Below are positions 1-9,643 of a stretch of 64,000 bases of DNA, in pieces. The stretch covers positions 1,088,001-1,152,000 of the forward strand of contig CBDCOX010000002.1 in the NCBI GenBank assembly GCA_965219995.1, given 5' to 3'. Origin of the DNA: Candidatus Latescibacterota bacterium (GTDB lineage: Bacteria > Latescibacterota > UBA2968 > GCA-2709665). The notes beneath the pieces are model-generated. The model was not told where the DNA came from and searched no databases. It saw only the letters and a list, made by a program, of their open reading frames with translations. The position numbers and the translations under genes were made by a program. Numbering within the stretch: position 1 is the first letter of the stretch; each line of letters opens with the position of its first letter.

Positions 1-540
1 GCGCAGGGCGGCGGACAGGAGCGGCATCTCATTCTCGCCTATCCCGACGATTCGTCCGCGGTCCGCTTCCGGACGAGTGAGCACATAGTCGACCGCCCGG
101 CAACAGTCGGCCACGATGCCACGCATCACGTAATTTTCGTAGTCTTCTATCCCGTCCACAAACAGGCCCGGGAACGAAGCCGCGTAGGGCTTGTCGGCGT
201 TCCGCTGCCCCCTAGCGGCCATAGCGAACACCAGGAACCGCCGTCTCTTTTCGCTTGCATCGCCCTGCGGCAGCGGTTCCACCACACTCTGCAGGCGCGT
301 GAAATACAGAAGCGTCGGAAACGGTCCCTCCCCCCGGGGAATGCTCAGATAACCGAACAGCCGGTACGGCCCGATGCTGGTAAAGCGTACCCCGTACGTC
401 GTTGAATAGTCGGTCGACCGAATGGGCATCAGTTCCACTTCAGGCGCTATCGGCGTCGCATCAAGCGCGTTGACGACGCGAATCCAGTACGCATCGAAAT
501 CATCGGGTCTGACCGTCGTCGACATGCATTGGCTGGACAC
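1..540 (-). CDS. CE7 acetyl xylan esterase-like paralogue lacking the nucleophile elbow (partial, runs off the window edge)
   Basis: Not in the ORF track. Manual translation from GTG at 540 (GGAGGT RBS upstream) gives VSSQCMSTTVRPDDFDAYW...AARGQRNADKPYAASFPGLFVDGIEDYENYVMRGIVADCCRAVDYVLTRPEADRGRIVGIGENEMPLLSAALR, which is collinear with the 597-1526 protein. Confidence 0.85.
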   Translation of the reverse strand, partial: MSSQCMSTTVRPDDFDAYWIRVVNALDATPIAPEVELMPIRSTDYSTTYGVRFTSIGPYRLFGYLSIPRGEGPFPTLLYFTRLQSVVEPLPQGDASEKRRRFLVFAMAARGQRNADKPYAASFPGLFVDGIEDYENYVMRGIVADCCRAVDYVLTRPEADRGRIVGIGENEMPLLSAALR

Positions 541-596
541 TGATAACCTCCCCTGGCGTCGGGAGAACCCGTTTACGCCGGTCCCGTAAATCATAT

Positions 597-1526
597 TCAG
601 GTGTGGTTTTTCAGATGTTTCTCGAAAAACGCCTCAATTACGCTACCGTGTGCCACGCTGCCCGCATCGTGGGCATGGCCGTCGTACGCATACATGCGTT
701 TGTCGACCGACGCGATTTCCCGGAACGCAGCGTATCCCGTCTCGGGCGGGCAGATATTATCCTGCAGCCCTACATTGACAATTATCGGGCACGAAATGCG
801 CGGACCGAAGTGGATCCCGTCGAAATAGGCAAGCGTTGCCCGGACCGAGGGCTCCCTGTCGGGGTAGAGTCGCAGATAGTCCCGGATTTCCTGGTATGGA
901 TAGGTGTGTGCCAGTTGGATCGCATCCATAAACCCGCAGAGGTAAGGCGCCCCTGCGGCCCCGGCAGCGGGATTCCGGAGCCCGGCAACCACCAACGTCA
1001 GGCCTCCTCCCTGGCTGCTGCCGGTCACGCCGATCCGCTCGGAATCCACCTCCTTCCTGGCGGCCAGAAAATCGAACGCACGCACCGCGTCGATATAGAA
1101 CCCGCGATAGGAGTAGGTGTTCCGGTCCACGATATTGTGCGTCAGCAACCCCGGATAGCCCGGGTTGAACTGTCCGTTGCTTCTGAGTTTTCCCCTCGGC
1201 GCGACGCTGAAGACCGCATAGCCCGTTTTGGCCTGTTGTTTCGGGACTCGCGGCTCTCCGATATATCCGGGCACCTGCAGTATCGACGGCAGCTTCCCCG
1301 TATGCGACGCGGGAAGGCAGTACCATCCCGCGATTCGGATACCATCGATACTGTCGAAGCGGACGTCGAACACGTCTACGTCGGCCGTCGATCTGAGGGG
1401 GCTGTGCGTCACGGCCGCGTTCAGCGGTATGGGATCGACCGCGGCGAGAACGTCGTCCCAGAATTCATCGAAATCATCGGGCCGTACCATCGATGTGCCG
1501 TAATTCTCAATTGCGTTCCTGTCCAT
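597..1526 (-). CDS. Acetyl xylan esterase / cephalosporin-C deacetylase (CE7, alpha/beta hydrolase)
   Basis: RPDDFDEFW N-terminus, GSSQGG nucleophile elbow, GLQDNICPP acid residue, GHAHD histidine. Confidence 0.9.
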   Translation of the reverse strand: MDRNAIENYGTSMVRPDDFDEFWDDVLAAVDPIPLNAAVTHSPLRSTADVDVFDVRFDSIDGIRIAGWYCLPASHTGKLPSILQVPGYIGEPRVPKQQAKTGYAVFSVAPRGKLRSNGQFNPGYPGLLTHNIVDRNTYSYRGFYIDAVRAFDFLAARKEVDSERIGVTGSSQGGGLTLVVAGLRNPAAGAAGAPYLCGFMDAIQLAHTYPYQEIRDYLRLYPDREPSVRATLAYFDGIHFGPRISCPIIVNVGLQDNICPPETGYAAFREIASVDKRMYAYDGHAHDAGSVAHGSVIEAFFEKHLKNHT

Positions 1527-1556
1527 ATCAGTGTCCTGTCCCCAGGTAACCGGCGG

Positions 1557-3491
1557 TCAATCCCCGCAACCGCCACTGCCCACAACCACGGAACTCTCGG
1601 CACCCTTACGCCCGAAACCGTTCACCGGTCGGACGGCAAGCTTGCTTCCTGACGAGTCGATGCGCCAGGTGAAGGCCGACGAACATGCCCGCCATTCGCC
1701 TTCGTCGATGCGTTTTTCGAAACCCTTCAGATTCGCGGTTTCCGTATCGAGAAGGACGTAAAGCTCGTCCGGCTCCCGACCCTGTTGGAGATGGATTTCC
1801 GCCCGGTTCGGCGTCCAGTACAGGTCGCCGGCGCGTTCCGTATGCTCAGAAAACCACGGCAGACCGGGTGTGTCCGCGTCCTGCCAGAACAGGTATCTGT
1901 TGAAATGATATGAAATCTTCCCATGCTCGGGCTCTCCGGGCCCCATCGTATCGAGTTCGTCGTTCCGGAGCGAGATCATAAAGCGTTCGAACAATTTCAG
2001 ACGATCGGCCACCTGAAACCGCCCGGCAACCGCCGGCGGAGGCTCGGGAACCAGCCTTATATCCGCGTAGTCCTCTTCAACCCAGGCGCGGTGCGCCTCC
2101 AGGGCACTCAGCGGCACCCCCTGCCGTTCCAGGTGATACGTGAACTTCGTCTCGTCGTTGGAATCGCCGCCGACGTCCATGGCCACCCATTTGCCGTGCC
2201 GGTTCGACCAGACCTCGTTGATGCAATGCGAACGCATGATCTGTGTCCGCGCGGTGAACCCCAGTGCGGCGCTGCATTGCGACATTACCGTCGCATAATG
2301 CGTGCACATCCCGAGGCTGAGCCCGCGGCTCGCAAGGCTCAGAATTACCATGGCGTCCCACGGCGGGCAGAATTCGATTTCACCCATGTTCCAGCCATCT
2401 TCCCACTGTTCCCTTACCCACTGCCGCAGATGCAGGAACGCCTCGAACTCGGACTTCGCGGGACGGATGACTTCATCCAGTTTCCAGCGTTCCCGCAGGA
2501 TCTGTCCCCGTTTCGAATCGACCGGCAGATGGGAAAAACGGTACGAGCTTCGTATCAGCGCCGGGTTGTCGGCATCGACGATTCTTACCGCCGGCTGTGT
2601 AACCCTGCCGGCCGTTACCGAAAGCGTGACGGCCGCGACCTCCGGCGTCGCCGATGGCTGTTCTGACTGCAATATGATACGCCATTGAAGGAAACGGATC
2701 GGGCCGGTGGGAGCGATCGGATCCGATGCCGGCGCCCACGCCGTCCAGGTTTTCGGGCAGTAAGCCGGGCATGGCCCGCCCCGCCACTGCAGGGCCGTGC
2801 TGCATCCCGCGGGCGTGCGCACGTTGGCGGACAGACGGATCGCATCTACGCTGCCGGCGGCGGCGATCCCATCCGTTGAAACGAGGCGCAGCAGATCCAC
2901 GGCATTGGAACAGACCTCGCCTGATTCCACATATTGATCCAGCCAGAGCCGGACCATGTATTCTCCGCAGGCGCGGTCGTTGACGCCCATCTCCCCGGAC
3001 CGCCAGGTCAGGCCGCCGTCATCACTGACGGCGCTCCGTTTTGGCTGGATGCTCTCCTCGATCAGCAGTGTCCACGTCACATCTTCGACGGCCCGGAAAG
3101 TCACCTCATTCCGACCTGCGCCGAGCCAGTCGGATGGGATCTCCAGCGGTTGCCATCGGTCTTCCCAATATGAACGATCGCCGGGCCAGACGACCCTCAG
3201 CGAGTGCCCGTTCACGTCTATGTCCAACTCCCCGTCCGCCCTGTCGCACAGCAGGTAGGGGCAAAGCAGTGCGCGGGATGCGCCCACTTCGGGAATGAAG
3301 AATGTCTTTCGTGCCTGTCGCAGGCCGGAAACGGCCTCCCGATCGTGCTGATTGCAGTTGCCCATCTCGTCGGCGAAGGTAACCCCCCGCCTGAGCCTGA
3401 CGACATCCTCCGTAACAGAGATTCCCTTCCCCGTACACGCCGCGAAATCACTTTGAGAAGACCAGGTTCCAGTCCCGTTTGCCTGTTTCAT
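1557..3491 (-). CDS. Multidomain protein with C-terminal transglutaminase-like (Cys-His-Asp) core
   Basis: GMCTHYA / SHCINEVW / WVAMD triad pattern. The N-terminal part is beta-rich with an Asp-box-like SDDGGLTW. Start placed at ATG 3491 (track start 3530). Confidence 0.7.
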   Translation of the reverse strand: MKQANGTGTWSSQSDFAACTGKGISVTEDVVRLRRGVTFADEMGNCNQHDREAVSGLRQARKTFFIPEVGASRALLCPYLLCDRADGELDIDVNGHSLRVVWPGDRSYWEDRWQPLEIPSDWLGAGRNEVTFRAVEDVTWTLLIEESIQPKRSAVSDDGGLTWRSGEMGVNDRACGEYMVRLWLDQYVESGEVCSNAVDLLRLVSTDGIAAAGSVDAIRLSANVRTPAGCSTALQWRGGPCPAYCPKTWTAWAPASDPIAPTGPIRFLQWRIILQSEQPSATPEVAAVTLSVTAGRVTQPAVRIVDADNPALIRSSYRFSHLPVDSKRGQILRERWKLDEVIRPAKSEFEAFLHLRQWVREQWEDGWNMGEIEFCPPWDAMVILSLASRGLSLGMCTHYATVMSQCSAALGFTARTQIMRSHCINEVWSNRHGKWVAMDVGGDSNDETKFTYHLERQGVPLSALEAHRAWVEEDYADIRLVPEPPPAVAGRFQVADRLKLFERFMISLRNDELDTMGPGEPEHGKISYHFNRYLFWQDADTPGLPWFSEHTERAGDLYWTPNRAEIHLQQGREPDELYVLLDTETANLKGFEKRIDEGEWRACSSAFTWRIDSSGSKLAVRPVNGFGRKGAESSVVVGSGGCGD

Positions 3492-3669
3492 AGCCCGCGT
3501 TCCGTTCCGATAGGAGAATTGCGCCCTCAATGTCTATACACTATATTTGGAAATTCGTAACCGCGGGCGGTGGAGAGAGCCCGCGGCCCCCGATTTCAAC
3601 ACCTTGTCGGTCGGGGAAGTTGCGCTTGATCAGACCGCCTCCGCGAAATGCCGCAGCAGGGACGAACCG

Positions 3670-5151
3670 ATGCCGGACGAAGACATTGTACGCATAGGGC
3701 ACCTCAAGACCGTGGACGCGTTTCGGGAACGCCTTGAAGGGCTCGGCCTTGCGTTGCCGTGCGACCAGGACATTCTTACCGCGCCTGAATCTCCGCTCGC
3801 AGAGCCGTTTCCATTCACGCCGGAACCGATCGGCAATCGGTTCGCGATCCACCCGATGGAAGGTTGGGACGGCCTGACCGACGGCAATCCATCGGAAGAT
3901 ACCCGTCGCCGGTGGCGCCATTTCGGTCTGAGCGGCGCAAAGCTCATCTGGGGCGGCGAGGCGATTGCCGTACGACCCGAAGCACGCGCCAACCCCAACC
4001 AGTTGTTCGCCGCCGAACATACGCGAAACGGCCTGGGCGAGTTGCTCGAAACGCTGCGATCCGCCCACCGGCTGCACATCGGCAACACCGACGATCTCGT
4101 GGTCGGGTTGCAGCTCACGCACTCGGGACGGTTCTGTCGGCCCACGCACAAGAGCATGATGGAACCCCGAATTCTGTACCGTCACCCCATCCTCGACCGT
4201 AAATTCGGCGTGGGCCCGGATCACCCGGTGATGTCGGACGGCGAGATACGATCCGTTATAGACGACTATGTAAAGGCCGCGCGAATGGCCGCCGATCTGG
4301 GCTATCAGTTCGTGGACATCAAGCATTGCCACGGATATCTGGGCCACGAATTCCTGAGCGCCGTTACCCGTAGCGGTCCCTTTGGCGGCTCGTTCGAAAA
4401 CAGGACGCGTTTCCTCAGGGAAATTGTCCATGGGATCCGGACCGTCGCGCCGGGTCTCCGGATTGGCGTACGCCTGAGCGTATTCGACTTCGTTCCGTTC
4501 CGTCCCGACCCGGATCGATCCGACGGTCGCAGACAGGGACCCGGCATTCCCGAAGACTTCGGCCACTGCCTGCCCTATACCTGCGGGTTCGGCGCGAATC
4601 CGTCCAATCCCGTCGTTCCGGATCTCACCGAACCCGATCTGTTTCTGGATCTTCTCGAACGCCTGGATATCCGGCTGGTCAATCTCTCGGCCGGCAGCCC
4701 GTATTACAATCCTCACATTCAGCGTCCCGCGTATTATCCCCCGTCAGACGGATACCAACCCCCCGAAGACCCGCTGGCGGGTGTCGCGCGTCAGATCGAC
4801 GTCGTCCGGCGGATCAAAAAACGGCATCCCGGCCTGATTCTGGTGGGTACGGGATATTCCTACCTTCAGGAGTTTCTGCCGCAGGTGGCGCAAGCCCTGG
4901 TGCGCGAAAGACACGTTGATTTCATCGGGCTGGGCCGGATGGTCCTTTCCTACCCGCGTCTTCCTCTGGACGTCCTGGGAAAAGGGAGGCTGAACACGCG
5001 GGTCGTCTGCCGGACGTTCAGCGATTGCACCACCGCACCGCGGAACGGCATGATATCGGGCTGTTTTCCTCTCGATGCACATTACAAAAAAACCCCTGAA
5101 GCGAAACGCCTCAGGGAAATTAAGAAAGCCGTCCGTCCCCGGCAAGGGTAA
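3670..5151 (+). CDS. NADH:flavin oxidoreductase (Old Yellow Enzyme-like TIM barrel)
   Basis: [44 protein letters not shown] and GLGR motifs. Start placed at ATG 3670. Confidence 0.9.
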   Translation: MPDEDIVRIGHLKTVDAFRERLEGLGLALPCDQDILTAPESPLAEPFPFTPEPIGNRFAIHPMEGWDGLTDGNPSEDTRRRWRHFGLSGAKLIWGGEAIAVRPEARANPNQLFAAEHTRNGLGELLETLRSAHRLHIGNTDDLVVGLQLTHSGRFCRPTHKSMMEPRILYRHPILDRKFGVGPDHPVMSDGEIRSVIDDYVKAARMAADLGYQFVDIKHCHGYLGHEFLSAVTRSGPFGGSFENRTRFLREIVHGIRTVAPGLRIGVRLSVFDFVPFRPDPDRSDGRRQGPGIPEDFGHCLPYTCGFGANPSNPVVPDLTEPDLFLDLLERLDIRLVNLSAGSPYYNPHIQRPAYYPPSDGYQPPEDPLAGVARQIDVVRRIKKRHPGLILVGTGYSYLQEFLPQVAQALVRERHVDFIGLGRMVLSYPRLPLDVLGKGRLNTRVVCRTFSDCTTAPRNGMISGCFPLDAHYKKTPEAKRLREIKKAVRPRQG

Positions 5152-5187
5152 AGCGGCGCGGCGCGGGTAGAGACGCGCCCAACGCGC

Positions 5188-5997
5188 TCAACCCGCTTTG
5201 CCATCTGCGATTGCCTCGGACTTCAGTACGAAGACCTCCTCCAGATTGAAGAAATCGACGCTCGGCGCCAGTTGCACTTCCCTGAAAAGGGCCTGATCGC
5301 GTTCACCCACCCGGGTTACGGTGCCGATCAGAAGTCCCTTGGGAAACACGCCACCGAGGCCCGAGGAAATGATCCTGTCGCCTTCGGATACCTCGCTGCG
5401 TACCGACACGTGCCTCAGGAAAAACCTGCCGTTTTCACTCGTTACAATCCCCGAAGTCCGTTCATCGCGCTGCACGATCGCGCTCACCCTGCAATTGCGA
5501 TCGAGCAGCAGCTGAACCACGGCGGTTCGCGGGTGAACTTCCAACACGCGCCCCACGAGCCCGTCCGCGGTGACGACCGGCATGCGTTTCACCACACCGT
5601 CCGCCGCACCCAAATCCAGAAGCACCGTGTTCAGTACGCGGTTCGGATCCCGGGCAACCACCTTCGCTACCAGATACGTGCCTTCGGCCTTTGATCGGAA
5701 GTCGAGCAATTCGCGAAGCCGGAGATTCTCCATCCGCGCCTCACGGAGTTCGAGCAGCTCGAGCGAGATGCGCAGATTCTGTTCCCGCAGGATACCGTTC
5801 TCGCGGCGCAGCCTGGAGAGTTCCATAGGCCACGTGAACAGCCCGTGTCCGGCCTTGAGCAGTCCGGTGGCGATACCCCGGGCGAAAGCCGCGCCGTCGG
5901 ATTGACCAAGCGCCATAAGGCCCGATGATACAAGGACGGCCACGCCCAGAACGACCAGGGGGCCGTGTCCGCGTATAAAACCGAACAGCCACTGCAT
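5188..5997 (-). CDS. mreC: Rod shape-determining protein MreC
   Basis: N-terminal TM helix, coiled coil ENLRLRELL, GLVGRV, SSGLGGVFPKG; directly downstream of mreB. Confidence 0.95.
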   Translation of the reverse strand: MQWLFGFIRGHGPLVVLGVAVLVSSGLMALGQSDGAAFARGIATGLLKAGHGLFTWPMELSRLRRENGILREQNLRISLELLELREARMENLRLRELLDFRSKAEGTYLVAKVVARDPNRVLNTVLLDLGAADGVVKRMPVVTADGLVGRVLEVHPRTAVVQLLLDRNCRVSAIVQRDERTSGIVTSENGRFFLRHVSVRSEVSEGDRIISSGLGGVFPKGLLIGTVTRVGERDQALFREVQLAPSVDFFNLEEVFVLKSEAIADGKAG

Positions 5998-6019
5998 GGG
6001 TCATCCAAACCGCAATCGA

Positions 6020-7039
6020 TCACAATAGCAGTTTCTGATACTGGTCGATATTCTCGAGAACACGCCCGGTGCCGCGCACAACGCAGGTGAGCGGGTCGTC
6101 CGCCACGATCACGGGCAGGCCGGTCTCTTCCATCAACCTGCGGTCCAATCCCCGCAGCAATGCACCGCCGCCCGTCATGATAATGCCCCGATCGAGTATA
6201 TCGGCAGCCAGTTCCGGCGGCGTATGCTCCAGGGTCTGCCGCACCGCTTCCAGAATGGAGTTCACCGTCCCATTGAGAGCTTCCCGAATTTCCACCGAGT
6301 CGACGATTATGGTCTTCGGGATGAAACTGACCGTATCCAGCCCCCGGCACGGATGCTGGAATTCGCTGTCCAATGTGCCGGCAGAACCGATTTCACATTT
6401 GATCTGTTCCGCGCTCCGCTCTCCAACGAGAAGGTTGTGTTTGCGTCTGAGCATCGTGATGATGGCCTGGTTCATCCCGTCCCCCGCTATCTTGATGGAC
6501 CGCGAGGTCACGATGCCCGACAGGGCGATCACCGCGATTTCGGTTGTGCCGCCTCCGATGTCAATCACCATGGACCCCACGGCTTCCTCCACGGGAAGGC
6601 CGATCCCGATGGCTGCGGCCATGGGTTCCGTGATGATGTAGACCTCGCGGGCCCCCGCGCGCTCGGCGGATTCCCTTACGGCCCGCATTTCGACGGCGGT
6701 CACACCCGACGGCACGCATATCACAATCCGGGGGCGGACGAGAAGCCTGTTCTTCTGCACCTTCCGGATGAAGTGACGCAGCATCTCTTCGGTCACGTCG
6801 AAATCGGCAATGACCCCGTTCCGCAGCGGGCGAATGACGTCAATATCGGGGTTCTGGCGTCCCATCATCTGCTTGGCATGAGATCCGATGGCGAGCGGTT
6901 TGTGAGAATTGCGGTCCAACGCAACAACCGAAGGCTCGTCGACCACGATATTCTGTCCTTTGACGTAAACCAGGGTATTGGCCGTACCCAGATCGATGCC
7001 AATGTCATTGGACAGCAGTCTGGAAAGAAATAGTGCCAT
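6020..7039 (-). CDS. mreB: Rod shape-determining protein MreB
   Basis: DIGIDLGTANT, EPMAAAIG, DIGGGTTE, TGGGALLRG. Confidence 0.97.
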   Translation of the reverse strand: MALFLSRLLSNDIGIDLGTANTLVYVKGQNIVVDEPSVVALDRNSHKPLAIGSHAKQMMGRQNPDIDVIRPLRNGVIADFDVTEEMLRHFIRKVQKNRLLVRPRIVICVPSGVTAVEMRAVRESAERAGAREVYIITEPMAAAIGIGLPVEEAVGSMVIDIGGGTTEIAVIALSGIVTSRSIKIAGDGMNQAIITMLRRKHNLLVGERSAEQIKCEIGSAGTLDSEFQHPCRGLDTVSFIPKTIIVDSVEIREALNGTVNSILEAVRQTLEHTPPELAADILDRGIIMTGGGALLRGLDRRLMEETGLPVIVADDPLTCVVRGTGRVLENIDQYQKLLL

Positions 7040-7126
7040 AACGTTTCGTTTCCTAACGGGTTAGCCGAGCAATCGGTCTCGAACGTCGCGAAACTTGTCC
7101 AGGGTCTTCCCGTCCGGGACAGGACA

Positions 7127-7789
7127 CTAGACCAGAACTCGTACCTCCCGGCCATCCACGCTGATTTTACCTTGCGCGAAAAGGCCGATCACTTCCGAAA
7201 ACAATTCGTGCTCCACGGCCAGCACCTTGCGCGCGAGTGACTCGGGCGTCTCTTCCGGCGCGACGCGGACGCTTCGCCGCAAGATAACCGGTCCGGTGTC
7301 GTAATCCCCGTCCACAAGATGGACGGTCGCTCCCGAGACCTCCGCGCCGCTGCGGACGACAGCTTCGTGGACGCGGCTCCCGTACATCCCCTTGCCACCG
7401 AATGCGGGCAGCAGGGCGGGGTGTATATTGATGACCCGATCCTTAAAGCTCTCGAGCGTCACCGGGCCCAGCTTCTTCATGTAGCCGGCCAGCACCACCA
7501 GGTCGACACCGTGGGACCTGAGCGTCTCCGCGATCGCGCAGTCGAGGGCGCCGGGTTGCGGATGCGTCCTGCCGCTGAGGTGGAACGCCGGGATTCCCGC
7601 CCGGCGGGCGCGGGCGAAAGCGCCCGACCGGCTGTTGTTGCCGATAACGACCCCCACACGCGCCGGAAGCCGTGCGGAGGCGCTCCGGTCGATGATCGCC
7701 TGCAGATTGGTTCCCCCTCCGGAGGCCAGCACACCCAGACGATAGGCGGCGTTCCGTCCGGACAGGTTCACAGTTCCACGATCCGACAC
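7127..7789 (-). CDS. purN: Phosphoribosylglycinamide formyltransferase
   Basis: LASGGGTNLQAI, VLAGYM, NIHPALLPAFGG, GATVHLVDGDYDTGP. Confidence 0.95.
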   Translation of the reverse strand: MSDRGTVNLSGRNAAYRLGVLASGGGTNLQAIIDRSASARLPARVGVVIGNNSRSGAFARARRAGIPAFHLSGRTHPQPGALDCAIAETLRSHGVDLVVLAGYMKKLGPVTLESFKDRVINIHPALLPAFGGKGMYGSRVHEAVVRSGAEVSGATVHLVDGDYDTGPVILRRSVRVAPEETPESLARKVLAVEHELFSEVIGLFAQGKISVDGREVRVLV

Positions 7790-7912
7790 GGGGATTCATT
7801 CCGATGGCTGACTTTACGGCATATAATTCGGCGGGGAAGAAGTAGAAAAGGGGGGAGACACCCGTCGGCAAGAATGTCGGCGGGCCCGAGCGACAACCGG
7901 CTCGGCCAACTC

Positions 7913-7941
7913 AAGTTAACCCATTGCAGGCTCGATGTCAA
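7913..7941 (-). promoter_or_regulatory. Putative sigma70 promoter for purN-mreB-mreC
   Basis: Minus strand TTGACA-N17-TAACTT. Confidence 0.55.
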
Positions 7942-8071
7942 GGGCTTTGCAGGCCAGGTTCAGCCGGTGCGGCAGGCGAAATCCACTTGACAAGGATACG
8001 ACAGTTATTCTTATTTAAACTGGTAAATGTTAAGCACTTACTCATCTGACGAACCACAACGGAGGTTGTCT

Positions 8072-8950
8072 TTGAAGATACGCAAGGCGGTGATCGCGGC
8101 GGCCGGGCATGGCAGCCGGATGTTGCCGGCTACCAAAGCACTGCCCAAGGAGATGATGCCTGTCGTCGACAAGCCGGCCATCCAGTACATTGTTGAAGAG
8201 CTGGTCGAAGCCGGCATCGAAGACATCCTGATGATCACGGGCAGAGGCAAACGGTCCATTGAAGACCACTTCGACCGCAACATCGAAATCCACAACGCCC
8301 TCGCAAAGCGGGAAGACCACTCGATGATTGCGACCCTCGAACGCATTGAACGGCTTGCCGACATCCATTATCTCCGGCAGAGAGAACTGCTTGGTACCGG
8401 TCACGCCGTCCTCAAGGCCCGCAAACACGTCGGCGACGAACCCTTTGCCGTGTTGTTCGGAGACGATCTGGTGGTGTCGGAGCGTCCGTGTATCGGGCAA
8501 CTGATGAACCATTACGACAGATTGGGTGCGTCGATTCTGGCGGTTAAGGAGGTCGCCCGCGAACATGTCGGAAGCTACGGCGTGATCCGGGCCGAACCCG
8601 CCAACGGGGCTTATCTCGTAAAGGCCCTGGTGGAAAAACCGGAACCGGCGCGGGCGCCTTCGAATCTCGCCTGTCTTGGTCGATATATCTTTGAACCCGA
8701 CATCTTCGATTCTCTGGATCGAATCAGCCCGGTGGAAAATGGCGAGTACCAGCTCACCGACGCGATTCAACTCATGATTCAATCCCGTCCCGTTTACGCG
8801 TGCGCGATCGAAGGGGACTGGCACACGGTTGGCGACCTGCTTTCGTACGTCCAGACGTCGGTCTCATTTGCCCTGATGCACCCCGAAATCGGCCAATCCT
8901 TCCGCGAATACCTGAAAACCGTTTGCCAGGTTCCACCCTCCGATGACTAG
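8072..8950 (+). CDS. galU: UTP--glucose-1-phosphate uridylyltransferase
   Basis: IRKAVIAAAGHGSRMLPATKALPKEMMPVVDKP, LGTGHAVL, VEKP, GEYQLTDAI. TTG start at 8072 after GGAGG. Confidence 0.93.
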   Translation: MKIRKAVIAAAGHGSRMLPATKALPKEMMPVVDKPAIQYIVEELVEAGIEDILMITGRGKRSIEDHFDRNIEIHNALAKREDHSMIATLERIERLADIHYLRQRELLGTGHAVLKARKHVGDEPFAVLFGDDLVVSERPCIGQLMNHYDRLGASILAVKEVAREHVGSYGVIRAEPANGAYLVKALVEKPEPARAPSNLACLGRYIFEPDIFDSLDRISPVENGEYQLTDAIQLMIQSRPVYACAIEGDWHTVGDLLSYVQTSVSFALMHPEIGQSFREYLKTVCQVPPSDD

Positions 8951-8953
8951 GCG

Positions 8954-9643
8954 TCATTCCGCTGCGGAGCGGGACCGCCACGCGTCAAGAATGCCGTTGA
9001 GGTCATGGAGAATCCCTTCTGCGCCGGCGACAATTTCACGTTCGTGCCTCGCGATCCACTTCATCTCCCGCCCGCTGACAATGTTGCGCCTTTCACAGGA
9101 CTCGAGTTCATCCCGATCGAGAACCGTCAACCGGCCTTTCGGATCGAACCAGAGATCCAGCAGGAGATCCACGTAGTCTACGCAGCGGTCGCGGACCTCC
9201 AGATTTCTGCAGATGTGAAAGAGATGGCCCAGGAGCCGCCCGTCCGGGTCGCACATTTTCCACAGCACATATCCGGCCCCCTGCCGATAGTACCCGTACG
9301 TTACGGACCCGGTGCAAATCGCCGTATCCCCTACCCGGCCCGGCCGTGTATTCACATATCTGAGCACCACGCGATCGCCGGTGTGCACGATGGGCTCGCA
9401 GACAAAGACGGCATCCGGCTTGTCCAGGTGCCGCTTTACCTCTCGAAACTTCACGGCGAAAGAGAACGGGTCAGCAGATAACAGAACAGCATGGTTGTGC
9501 TCGCCACCAGCCAGCATGCCCATTGAAGCAGTTTTGCCCGTCGACCGGCCATACCGGAAGAAATGGACTGGCCGAGATAGCATATCAGGAACACCAGAGA
9601 AATGCCGATACCCCAGATCGTAATCAAGAATTGCCCTCCTCAC
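8954..9643 (-). CDS. DUF402-family protein (putative nucleotide phosphohydrolase)
   Basis: YVDLLLDLW...VLDRDELE acidic motif. GTGA overlap with the pcm stop; the true start may lie further downstream. Confidence 0.7.
   Translation of the reverse strand: MRRAILDYDLGYRHFSGVPDMLSRPVHFFRYGRSTGKTASMGMLAGGEHNHAVLLSADPFSFAVKFREVKRHLDKPDAVFVCEPIVHTGDRVVLRYVNTRPGRVGDTAICTGSVTYGYYRQGAGYVLWKMCDPDGRLLGHLFHICRNLEVRDRCVDYVDLLLDLWFDPKGRLTVLDRDELESCERRNIVSGREMKWIARHEREIVAGAEGILHDLNGILDAWRSRSAAE

Noticed and set aside
7790-7910. Possible ZTP or purine riboswitch in the purN leader
   Set aside because: I could not find the conserved ZTP (CGCCUGGGC-type) or purine aptamer elements; only a small hairpin and a pyrimidine tract are present.
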